From Chitinivibrionales bacterium (GTDB lineage: Bacteria; Fibrobacterota; Chitinivibrionia; Chitinivibrionales; WJKA01): a DNA stretch of 64,000 nt. Made by a program: the position numbers and the translations under genes. The stretch's first letter is position 1. Each line of letters opens with the position of its first letter. Positions 49,686-59,689 of this stretch are shown here, piece by piece. The notes under the pieces are model-generated. The model was not told the DNA's origin. It saw only the letters and a program-made list of their open reading frames with translations, and ran no database searches. The DNA is taken from assembly GCA_038247415.1 (NCBI GenBank), contig JBBRUX010000012.1:22339-86338 (forward strand), in the 5' to 3' direction.

Positions 49686-50561
49686 ATGCGATTAGTTGAC
49701 AAAGTCAAAGAAGGCCGAGTGTTGATTTCCGACGGTGCCTGGGGAACATTCCTGCAAATCAAAGGGCTTGCAGTTGGCGAATGCTCTGAACTGTGGAACA
49801 TCTCCCATCGTACCGATGTTCTTGACATTGCTAAAAGCTACATCAATGCTGGTGCAGACATGATCGAAACAAATAGCTTTGGTGGTAGCAGGATCAAACT
49901 TGCACATTATGGTCTAGAGAATCGCGCCTTCGAACTCAACAAAGCTGCAGCAGCAATTTCACGCGTTGCTGCCGGGTCCAACCATCATGTTCTGGGGTCG
50001 ATCGGCCCTACCGGAAAAATGATCCTGACCGGTGATGTGACTGAGGACGAATTGTACGACGTGTTTCGCGAACAGTCAATCGCACTCGAAGCTGGTGGCG
50101 CCGATGCCCTGTGCATCGAAACCATGTCGGCGCTTGATGAAGCGACTATCGCCATCAAAGCTGCACGGGAAAATACGGCCTGCGATGTGATCTGCACGTT
50201 CACATTCGAGAAGACTGCCTTAGGCGAGTATCGGAGCATGATGGGCGTATCACCGCAGGAAATGGCGGATGCAGTTTCTAAAGCCGGTGCGCATATCATC
50301 GGGACAAACTGCGGGAATGGTATCGAAAGAATGATAGATATTGTCAAACAATTACGTGCTGCATCGTGTCTGCCAATACTAGTACATGCCAATGCAGGAC
50401 TGCCCATCGTTTGCGATGGCCGCACTCTCTTCCCCGAAACCCCGGAGATGATGGCTACGCAGGTTGGTGCACTTGTTGACGCGGGAGCTATCATTATCGG
50501 TGGTTGCTGTGGGACAAACCCAGAGCATGTCCAGGCACTGGTGCGTAGCGTTGCAATGTAG
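49686..50561 (+). CDS. Stand-alone homocysteine S-methyltransferase domain
   Basis: DGAWGT, AGADMIETNSFG, GSIGPTG, GTNC, ANAGLP, GGCCGT. Confidence 0.93.
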   Translation: MRLVDKVKEGRVLISDGAWGTFLQIKGLAVGECSELWNISHRTDVLDIAKSYINAGADMIETNSFGGSRIKLAHYGLENRAFELNKAAAAISRVAAGSNHHVLGSIGPTGKMILTGDVTEDELYDVFREQSIALEAGGADALCIETMSALDEATIAIKAARENTACDVICTFTFEKTALGEYRSMMGVSPQEMADAVSKAGAHIIGTNCGNGIERMIDIVKQLRAASCLPILVHANAGLPIVCDGRTLFPETPEMMATQVGALVDAGAIIIGGCCGTNPEHVQALVRSVAM

Positions 50562-50564
50562 TTG

Positions 50565-51008
50565 CTATTTCATAATTTCTTCCAAAATCTCAACTGCATT
50601 CCGTACACAATGAACACATACTTTGTTTCGTAAATCCATCTCTTTAAATTGTTTTTGTCCTTTTTCTGTAGTTAATTCAACACCACCAAGAAGTTTTCGG
50701 CATATAACTGAACCGTGTTTCAGTTCAAACCCATCCATGAGCTCTCTGGTTTTTTGATAGGTTGTTTCTGTTGACACTGTATCGCTTAATTCAGTCCTGC
50801 CGTATTTAATGCCAAGCGCAATAATGCTCCCGGTTACCGCACCGCATACTTCCTCTTTTCTCCCCATCCCCGCGCCAAAACCACAGGCGACATTGAGGGC
50901 CGTATCTTTGTCAAAATTCAAGTCGTCACAAAAAGAGAATACGACAGCTTGGGCACAGTTGAAGCCTTCGTTAAACTTAGAGACTGCGATTTCAGATTTT
51001 GTTTTCAT
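50565..51008 (-). CDS. C-GCAxxG-C-C family putative redox protein
   Basis: GFNCAQAV, GFGAGMG..EVCGAVTG, CRKL, C..CV. Confidence 0.9.
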   Translation of the reverse strand: MKTKSEIAVSKFNEGFNCAQAVVFSFCDDLNFDKDTALNVACGFGAGMGRKEEVCGAVTGSIIALGIKYGRTELSDTVSTETTYQKTRELMDGFELKHGSVICRKLLGGVELTTEKGQKQFKEMDLRNKVCVHCVRNAVEILEEIMK

Positions 51009-51270
51009 GTTTTGATTCCTTGATTGTTGCGCGGTGGATTAATGCTTGGGCATGATGATCGATGTTGCCCGATATGACAAATAGATAACTTAGTATGTGC
51101 AATCTGTTTTCTCACTTTTTCCCATACACAGTTTCCATCATATTTGTTCTGATTAGTGAATTTCCAAATTGGAATGGGGTGTGGGATCTTGATGTTTCAC
51201 CACCTTCAATATTCAAATCGCAATCGAATCACCCCAAGAATTGCTTAGCAAACTCATACCGCCGTCATAC

Positions 51271-51775
51271 TCACTCTTTACTAGGCCATATGTTGAAATC
51301 CCAACCAATCTTGTAACATTCGAATGAGCCTGCAGGAACAAAAATAATTTCTTTGCCAAGATAATTTCTTTTAAGAGGAGTATTACCATTTAGTGCGCGC
51401 AAATACCAAGAAGAACCATTTGAAAAAAGTAGCACGAGGGTTGCGTATTTGTCTCGAATGTTTTCATCGGAGCTGAATGCTTTTTGAATGGTTGCTTTTT
51501 TGTATAACGTCACCTCAGGATAAGAGTATGAAGTCGTGTCAGTTGTCAAAATTATGACAGAGTCATTTCCAATATGAACGAAGAAATCTGCGCTACTCTT
51601 GGATGTGTCAAGTTGCCACCGTGACAAATATTCTTCTCTAAGAACAAAATATTGTTTACCCTGTATCAAAGTGTCTCGTTCACATGTTTTATAGGAAAAG
51701 CATTGAGATGTAGGCGTATGTTCAGTGATGCCGGGATAGCTATAAGTTCGGTCATAGAACCATGTTCTTCCTATT
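51271..51775 (-). pseudogene. Fragment of a secreted hypothetical protein
   Basis: RTWFY...RDTLIQGKQY...VPAGSFECYKI; no clear start or normal end. Confidence 0.45.
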
Positions 51776-51991
51776 AAGTTAAAGTTTCCATTTTAAAGTC
51801 TTCTTGCAATGCTTGCAAGGATATCAGAAAATTCCTCTTGGGACAATATACTATACTGATAACCTAAGGTGGGATTATTTTTTTTAAAGATCGCAATAGA
51901 TGCAAAGGCAATTGATTGCTAAAAAGGTCACACACATTATTCCATTAATGGCCTAACCTTCTCGCGAGCGTATGGGATTATTTCATGTCTG

Positions 51992-52710
51992 TTAATTCGA
52001 ATCGTCAAGAAATTCTAAAGCCTTCGCATTGAATAAATCCGTATGCGTAAACATGAGATCATGCCCGGTGTTTGGAAATAGTTCTATCTTGATGTGTGAA
52101 TTTACTTTTTCAATTCGGCTCATAGAAGTTTTTGCATCGTAAACTATTTCGTGTTCACCAACGATAAAGAGCACCGGCATATTAAGTTGCTTTAGTTCCA
52201 AATCAGTGAGAACGGTGGGGCTAACAGGTTGTTTAAACTTAAAGCTTTTTAAAGCCATATCGTAATAGTTTATTCTGTTTACTGCGTATTCGATTGTTCG
52301 AATGAGCAATACGCTGCGATTATATTCGTTTACACGGTTTTGAACAGACAGTGAATCGATGGTATGTTCTTGACCTTGATTTCCAATCTTCCCTATGTCC
52401 TTATCTGCATTGCTATATGTCGTTTTAAAGGTAAGCAGTTGCGCCTTGAGTCTATAACAAGAGCTCGACATACTGGGCCTTTCTTCCTTTATAATAGTAA
52501 CAGCATCAGCCTTACTAGCTCAGGCTTCGGATTGCAGCAATGTGAGCGCATCAAATTCATTGCATTGTGTCGAAAACCCACTATCTTTGAGTTTTAAAGT
52601 CCCAATTACTTCGAATTGGGATGTGTCAATGTTAGCATCATTCAAAAATAAAATATTACAAGATACTGAAATCGCATCTCGCACCAAAGACTGGTATTGG
52701 ATGGGGCGCG
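51992..52710 (-). pseudogene. Chimera: interrupted hypothetical gene fused to an alpha/beta-hydrolase C-terminus
   Basis: In-frame TGA in QSEA*ASKADA; ends MPVLFIVGEHE...TGHDL with no nucleophile region. Confidence 0.6.
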
Positions 52711-52822
52711 TGATGTACCTTTTTTAACTACTGTTTTATTAGAAATGAGTCTGGGCATGCTGAAAAAACAAAAAATTCTCGATGGCGCGTTCATCGGAAT
52801 ATGTTTACTACCGAAGGTTCAT

Positions 52823-53605
52823 ATGAAGTCTCAATCTGCATTATCACGAATTCTTAAAATACTTGCATCTCTCCGCGTTACAGTTGCATGCCTTCTGATC
52901 TTGGCTCTTCTTACTGTTATGGGCACCCTCTATCAGGTTGATCACGGCTTATACGCTGCAAAACTGCGCTTTTTTGGTGCATGGGTGGTGATGTTTTTTG
53001 GCTGGTTACCATTCCCAGGGGTTAATACGACCATAGCCGCCCTGGCGGTCAACCTCCTTGCATCGGCACTCGTGAAAATGGATCGAAGACTTAAGCAATC
53101 GGGAGTTATCCTTGTTCATCTTGGGATCCTTGTATTGATCTGCGGAGCAGCCGCTATTCACTATGGCACACAAGAGTCTGTGTTGACACTAGGCGAAGGA
53201 GAATTTTCGAGCTCTGCGGCAATTCTTCGTAACAGCACATTGGTGGGCTACCGTGAGCTCCCGGTGACCGTACGGCTCCTTGCCTTTACGAAAAAAACTC
53301 ATCCAGGTACTTCCATTGCCAGCAGTTTCGAGAGCACGGTGCACGTGTCTGGCACAGGAATAGATCGAGATGCAGTAATTTCTATGAATCGGCCATTGCG
53401 TTACAAAAACTTGACATTTTACCAAAGCGGGTATTCCGAGTCCCCGCAGGGAGAAACAACAACAATTGCTGTTGTCGAAAACTCGGGGAGAGTGTTGCCG
53501 TATCTGGCAACACTTATCATGACCGCAGGGTTCTTGGTTCACTTTATGGGAATGCTTATCAAAGTAACAAAGACTCAGAGAACCCGAATGGGTGGCTCTC
53601 TATGA
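52823..53605 (+). CDS. ResB/CcsB-like cytochrome c biogenesis protein
   Basis: LASLR..GTLYQ, HLGIL, HPGT..SF.S, ISMNRPLRY..TFYQS. Confidence 0.85.
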   Translation: MKSQSALSRILKILASLRVTVACLLILALLTVMGTLYQVDHGLYAAKLRFFGAWVVMFFGWLPFPGVNTTIAALAVNLLASALVKMDRRLKQSGVILVHLGILVLICGAAAIHYGTQESVLTLGEGEFSSSAAILRNSTLVGYRELPVTVRLLAFTKKTHPGTSIASSFESTVHVSGTGIDRDAVISMNRPLRYKNLTFYQSGYSESPQGETTTIAVVENSGRVLPYLATLIMTAGFLVHFMGMLIKVTKTQRTRMGGSL

Positions 53606-55587
53606 CAAATGTGCAAATTTTGAATAATGAGATAAAAAAAGATAGCACGGGGAAAAAACATAATTTTCTCTTAATTCTTATTTTGTTAATTATTGCTCTT
53701 CCGGTATTTTTAGCCGCTGCCCCTGCTTCCAACCTAGGCCGAATCACTATACTCGACAATGGCCGACTCAAACCACTCGATACCTATGCGCGATCGGTAC
53801 TTTTGCAGTTCTCTGGACGGCAGAGCGTCCAAGGGAAATCTGCACTCGGTTGGTTTACAGACGCTATCTTTGACCCAACCCGGACAGTGGATGATAAAGT
53901 CTTCCTTATCAATAATCCTGAGCTTGCCGAGGCGATTGGTGTTGAGCCCCAAAAGCATCGACGATATAGTTTCTCCCAATTGCACCAGAGCGTACCTAAA
54001 ATTTCGACTATGGCACAAGCTGCATCGTTATTAGAACCACGACAGCGATCAATCGTCGAGACCGAAGTAATGAGGTTAGGCATAGCACTCGATACGTATT
54101 TTGCCTTGGCCAGTACATTTACTTTTTGCGATTCCGCGCCGCAACTCACTGTGTCGGACTCAAACCTTGCCGTGCAACTAGGGTTACCCCTCAAGAACAG
54201 TGCGCTTTCGTACCTTGACATCCTCGCGCATGCGCCGCAACTATCCGCTGTCATGAAATCGCTGGCAATCGTGCCGTCCCACTCCTGGAGCAGCGCAGAC
54301 ACACAGGCAATTGCGCTTGGTAGGGCGCTTTTTGCAATATCCAATGAGGCGCAGAATGGTTTTCTCTGCGTGTTACCAGTAGATTCTGCGAGTCGGATCG
54401 ACTGGCAAAGTCCTTGGTCTTTTGTCAAGTTTTACGGATCGGCATCGCGAAATGACCCAAGCCTATCAGCGCTTTTGCGACTTAGGGATGCTTATCGAGC
54501 GGAAGACGTATCGAAAAAAAATGCCGCAGCAGTGCAATTTTGTAAAGTTATCAACAATGCCGTTAAAGAAGGTTCACGTATTCGGTGGGTAGACCTAGAG
54601 CTGTTGTACAATAAAGTCAACCCATTCCTGATCGCAAAAATCCTCTATGGCCTAGCACTAATTCTTTCGCTTCTTGCTTTGTTTTTTGCACAAAAATGGA
54701 CGGCAACATGCTCGTTGTGTCTTTTGGTTATTGGTGCCATCCCGCATACTGCCGGAATTGTTGCCCGAATGCTTATCATGGGGCGTCCACCCGTCACAAC
54801 TATGTACGAGACCTTTATCTTTGTTGCGTGGGTGTGCATAGTTCTTGGGCTTATTGTAGAGTATGCACAGCGAAAAAGATTAGGGATCTTCATCGCGTCA
54901 ATGGCCGGATTCCTCTTCCTGCATCTAAGCAGCATCTTTGGCTCCGACGGCGACTCGATGGGAATACTAACGGCTGTTCTCAATAACAACTTCTGGCTCG
55001 CCACACACATCGTTACTATTGCGCTTGGTTACGCTGGATGTCTGATTGCAGGAATCGTGGGGCACGTGTATCTACTCCGTCGCCTCTTTGGAAAGAGTAG
55101 TGATACCACTGCAGAGACTGCTAGAATACTTTACGCAATGATTGTATTTGGATTGACATTCACATTTCTGGGAACATTGCTGGGTGGCATGTGGGCCGAC
55201 CAAGCGTGGGGCCGGTTTTGGGGATGGGATCCAAAGGAGAATGGCGCACTGCTAATCATTCTCTGGTGTGCTGCAGTTCTTCATGCACGCGCCGGAAAAA
55301 TAATCGGTGACTTGGGTACTGCCTTTGCGTCGATATGTGGCTTGCTTATGGTTATGTATGCGTGGATCGGTGTCAACCTCTTAGGCGTAGGTATGCATGC
55401 GTACGGGTTCACCTCTCAAGGCGCGCAGATGCTTTTATGGGTGACAGTGGGGGAGTGTATTTTTATGCTCCTTGTGGTGGGAGTCCTCATGCATTCAAGG
55501 TGGGGGCATAAACAGAGAAGGCTCAAAAAAAACATTCTGTCTACACGTGCCAATGATCATGTAGTTCGTTCCGAGCCTAACCCGTGA
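53602..55587 (+). CDS. ccsA: CcsA/ResC cytochrome c biogenesis protein
   Basis: GRLKPLDT, RPPVT..YE, WLATH, GGMWADQAWGRFWGWDPKEN (WWD motif), GMHAYGF. Confidence 0.93.
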   Translation: MTNVQILNNEIKKDSTGKKHNFLLILILLIIALPVFLAAAPASNLGRITILDNGRLKPLDTYARSVLLQFSGRQSVQGKSALGWFTDAIFDPTRTVDDKVFLINNPELAEAIGVEPQKHRRYSFSQLHQSVPKISTMAQAASLLEPRQRSIVETEVMRLGIALDTYFALASTFTFCDSAPQLTVSDSNLAVQLGLPLKNSALSYLDILAHAPQLSAVMKSLAIVPSHSWSSADTQAIALGRALFAISNEAQNGFLCVLPVDSASRIDWQSPWSFVKFYGSASRNDPSLSALLRLRDAYRAEDVSKKNAAAVQFCKVINNAVKEGSRIRWVDLELLYNKVNPFLIAKILYGLALILSLLALFFAQKWTATCSLCLLVIGAIPHTAGIVARMLIMGRPPVTTMYETFIFVAWVCIVLGLIVEYAQRKRLGIFIASMAGFLFLHLSSIFGSDGDSMGILTAVLNNNFWLATHIVTIALGYAGCLIAGIVGHVYLLRRLFGKSSDTTAETARILYAMIVFGLTFTFLGTLLGGMWADQAWGRFWGWDPKENGALLIILWCAAVLHARAGKIIGDLGTAFASICGLLMVMYAWIGVNLLGVGMHAYGFTSQGAQMLLWVTVGECIFMLLVVGVLMHSRWGHKQRRLKKNILSTRANDHVVRSEPNP

Positions 55588-55720
55588 TACGTTTGCGTCG
55601 ATACTCCCATGATCTTTTTGAAGAGTGTCGTGAAATACGCCTGATTTTCAAATAATAATTGGTGCGCAATGTCTCCTATTGACCGATGCAAAAAGTTGCG
55701 TAGCATGGACGCGGCGACAG
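55557..55720 (-). pseudogene. AraC HTH fragment
   Basis: AASMLRNFLHRSIGDIAHQLLFENQAYFTTLFKKIMGVSTQTY. Confidence 0.7.
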
Positions 55721-55988
55721 GCTTGGCATGAGCCTATGAAATGAAATATTTTACGATTCCTGTACAGGCGCACCGTTAATGTTTAAATTCTGGCCCGTGC
55801 TGCTTGATATTCCCCTTTTGAGCCATTAATCTCAGGAACGCATACTCTCCCGTGCCACGGACTAAAAAAGGCAATGCGTATAACCTCTCCATCAATAACT
55901 ATCGGCAGCCAAACATGGGTCGATTCGCTCACATTTTCAATCTTCCATCGGTCGGCTATACCGAAGCCATGCTGTTCGGCGGTCTGAT

Positions 55989-56789
55989 CTATCTTTTTCT
56001 TGCCGGTCCGGTTGACCTTCTGTCTACAACATATCCCTGCACTCCTCCTGCATTTACATAGGGTTTTCTGCCAAGAACAAAACCCAACATCGCAGTGCCT
56101 AGCCCATAGACATTGAAGTTGTAGCTGGATATGTTTGCGGCAAGCGCCCGTTGAGAGTCTTCGTAAATCGTGGGCGTTTCGACGACAAAGGGAACTACGC
56201 CGTCTGCGAGCCCAGTCTTTTCGTAGTGTGACAGAAGTCCTTTAAGCCGCAGTTTTGACCATGCATAGTGGTGATCTGCAGAGAAGAATGCAATACGTTG
56301 GTGGTTGAGTGACAAAAGATGCCGGGCCACAATCACTCCCGGTTGCACCGAAGCCGCAATATTGTAGATCCGCAGATATCGTGAATTAGCAATCTGCGGA
56401 CTCAGCTTGAGAGAGGCTGTTTCGTCAAGAACTGCAACCGGTTTCTTGTTCTTGAGTAAAGTTCCAATATTGTTTTCATCTGCCTCAGTGGGTGGCCATA
56501 TCATGAAATAGATGCATCCTTGAATTGAGGCGTCTGCAATTGTTCGCAGGTGCTCCGTTTCATATACCTGCCCGGTTCGCACTTCCCGGAAGAAAAAGCT
56601 GCCTTGGGAACTACTGTAAAATGTCAGAAGATTATCCATTTTGATGCATGCGTTCTCGCATAAAGATTGAAGAACACGGAACAGATCGCCGTCATTCTGG
56701 CCAAAATTTACTTCGTATTGATCTGATGCCATGAGCACGCAGGAAATGCCGGATTTCGACGCCTTGCTTGTCAGTCGAGGAATTGCCAT
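55989..56789 (-). pseudogene. GntR/LacI-type regulator lacking its HTH, probably internally deleted
   Basis: KPVAVLDE, PG..VARHLL..HQRIAF, WSKLRLKG, ISSYNFN, VVDRRST; the IP.D.S..FD segment is absent. Confidence 0.65.
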
Positions 56790-57045
56790 CTTTCCATTTG
56801 AGAGCCGATCGAGCGTCTGAAACCAATGCTCTTATGATGGATCGACTGGTTGTTGTACCTAAACTAAAATATATCAAGAGTACGATGAATCCTGATATTG
56901 TCCGTTTTCATCCGAGAGGTTTTTGAGTAGCTTAATCCTACAGTCGGACTCCTGCATCTTCTGCGCAGTCGCGAGCGTCGAAAGAAATGCAGCAAAGAGC
57001 CCGGTTTGAGCTGAGTGACTTAAACTTTTCCACGAAGGAGTGATT

Positions 57046-57735
57046 ATGAAACGCCACGCTTTTCTTATGAGTTTTGCTGCCGTCCTTTTATTCCAAACCT
57101 GAGCGCCGCAACCCATTCCGATTCGATCGTCACCTTTCTCGGTGGCGCGCAAGCCAAAATTGTTTTTTTTGCGCTGGGCATGGTGCAACGACAACTATAC
57201 GCCCAAGACTTCGGCGGCAGCGTTTGCTGAGGGTAAGTCCCTCGTGCTTCTGGATACGCGTACGGGGACAGAGCGTACCCTTGTCGGGGCAGGCATGAAG
57301 GACATTCGCAACATCCGGATTTCGCGTTCGGGAAAGCCGAAATTTTTCATGGGCAAATTCTCGGCGGATTTCAAGACACAGGAGAAATCGTTCCTCGTCG
57401 CTTCCGATCCGCGATACTTCCAGTACGGGGGGGACGCGTGGATCTGCAATGGGACGACCGACGGAAGCCCTTGCACCGCCACTGGTACCCTTCCTGAAAA
57501 TCACGAAAATCAACGCCCGGGAGTTACCGTCAGTCAAAACGGTTCTCTGGTCAGCGTTGGTACACAGGGTAATGTCCCGGTCGGGATTCGCCTTGCCAAT
57601 GCGCAGGGTCGGGTTCTGGGAAGTGCTGAGGGCGCGTGCATTTTTGACACACGCGGCTATGCACGTGGCATTTACGTTCTGACATTCAAAGAAGGAAGTC
57701 GCAACAGTTCGGTTCTCCTATCGGGCGGTCGCTGA
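57046..57735 (+). pseudogene. Frameshifted secreted protein with CTD
   Basis: RBS plus MKRHAFLMSFAAVLLF; two frameshifts (one in a T8 tract); CTD LANAQGRVL..RGIYVL. Confidence 0.65.
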
Positions 57736-57904
57736 AACGTTTTACAGAAAGGGGACATCCCGTAGGGTAAGGTTATTCTGATAGTCAACCCAAAAGTGTT
57801 CTTTGCAAATCATACTCGGTTGTCACTTTTCTTGGCGGCGCGCAGGCCAAGTTTGTCTGGACAAGGTGGGCGTGGTGCACCGATGCATACACTCCCAAGC
57901 CCCA

Positions 57905-58670
57905 GGCAACTGCATGGAGTCCTCCTGCGTGGATGAAGGTTATCAATTCGGTTCTAGGCGGGAACATGCGCACGGAGTACATTCCGGTGCTTGCCCGGTA
58001 CTTTCGCAAGATGATCCAGGCCTACGCAGAACAGGGTATTGCCATCGGCGCAATGTCAACGCAGAACGAGCCCGATGTAGCCGATGGCAAATATCCGCAA
58101 TGTCTCATGACATCCGCTCAACAACTCCAGCTCGTGACGGAATTGCGTAAGGAGTTTGTTAAGAATGCTATCACGACAAAACTCTGGGGTTCGACTCCAA
58201 CTGGGAGGATTCTCAGATGTGGTCTGAACTTCTTAGCGACACGCAGTCAAGGCCCTATTTGGATGCAATCGCCTTTCATCCCTATGTTGGCGAGGCCACA
58301 CAGCAAACCGTAGCGCATACGAAATGCCCATGGCTTAATATTCACATGACAGAGCAAGGCAGCAAAGGGATTCCGAACATGCAGGAACGCTTTGCAGTAT
58401 TCCAGAACTGGGGAAACAGCTATACGCGTTGGATCCCCGTTGTTGATGACATAGGATCCCACATCAACGGGCCGTTTCACTGGGGTGGCGGAATGGAGTG
58501 CCCCGTTGTCGTGAGTGCAACCAATCCAAATGACGTGACTTATCGATCCCATATTTACTTATCAGGACAAATATCTAGATTTGTGAAGCAGGGAGCCTAC
58601 TTTCTAGAAAGCGCGGGTGGTTCGGTACAGACCATAGCGTTTCAAAACCCCGATGGCGCCATCGCAGCCG
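57905..58670 (+). pseudogene. GH30 glycoside hydrolase internal fragment, frameshifted
   Basis: AWSPPAWMK, STQNEP, AFHPY, HMTE, GQISRFVK.GA, AFQNPDG. Confidence 0.85.
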
Positions 58671-59028
58671 CAGCTCTCGGTGCGAACCCGCTCTGCACTC
58701 TTGGACAAGACGCCCTCACTTGCATCACTGGTCCTCAACAAGAGCGTAACGGCGATCATCGCCCAGAACAATGAACTTGCTCGAAAGTACTACTACTGGT
58801 TCAAACTCGCCAGAATCGACATTCCAGCGCGTCTGTCAATGATCTCGTTTGACGACACCCCCCGAATCGGTTACCTTTCCCATCACGACAATTGACTTCG
58901 GGCTCTCCCGCCTGGGCTATCTTGCCGCTCACATTATGATCGGCGACATTCCGGTCAAAGCCGATCGGGAGGGGAAAATTCCCGGCGTGTGTGAGCTGGT
59001 TGACCGGGGATCGGTGGCGCGGATCTGA
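58670..59028 (+). pseudogene. GntR/LacI-type regulator C-terminal fragment, frameshifted
   Basis: TAIIAQNN..IDIPARLSMISFDD, C6 frameshift, TTIDFGLSRLGYLAAH..LVDRGS. Confidence 0.8.
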
Positions 59029-59394
59029 GAGCGAACGGGCACAATGAGAGCTGATGCAAAGGGAATTTCTTCATACGCCCATCCCGCCTCCAAGAAATCA
59101 AACTTCCTATTAGTCACGGAAATTTTAACTTTGTAATCAATTCTTGTTATACGGAGAAATAATGCGGATCCTTGATATTTTAAAAGAGTCGTTGATTCAT
59201 GAACGCATGGGTGTTATGGCGTTATGCGTTTCATTTTAAATCGCTCTGGCAAGAATTGCCGAAGTATGTTTCTCTGTGGTGGAGGTTTATTCGAAAGAGT
59301 TAGTTTTGTACTAGTTTTAATAATCGGTTCAATAGCTAATTGGATCTTTGGCCGGTGTCAACTATTACCGACATAAGATTTAAGGACTGTTGAC

Positions 59395-59544
59395 GCGGAG
59401 GTTTTCACCGGATTAAAGGACTCGATCTACCATGCGGCCCTGCTTGATCCGCATACGTCAAGTGAGTTGCCGATAGACAAAATACGGGCACTGTGCGACG
59501 ACCTGATCGCCGCGCACGGGAAAATGCTGCCGCCGTACTCGTGA
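59395..59544 (+). pseudogene. GH4 alpha-galactosidase (MelA-like) C-terminal fragment
   Basis: IYHAALLDPHTSSELPIDKIRALCDDLIAAHG. Confidence 0.8.
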
Positions 59545-59689
59545 GGGGGCCCAAAAAGCCCGGTGAGCAGTGTATCACATTGTACTATCAATTAAAAAAC
59601 GTGTTTATCGGATCTTTTTCTTTGCATTCCTATTGGCTATACCATCACTTTCTCAAACTAACCCGCGTAACCAGACCACCGCCACAACG

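Noticed and set aside
59199..59234. Imperfect hairpin ATGAACGCAT...ATGCGTTTCAT containing GTTATGC, attC-like
   Set aside because: No matching RYYYAAC box, no second copy and no integrase in the window.
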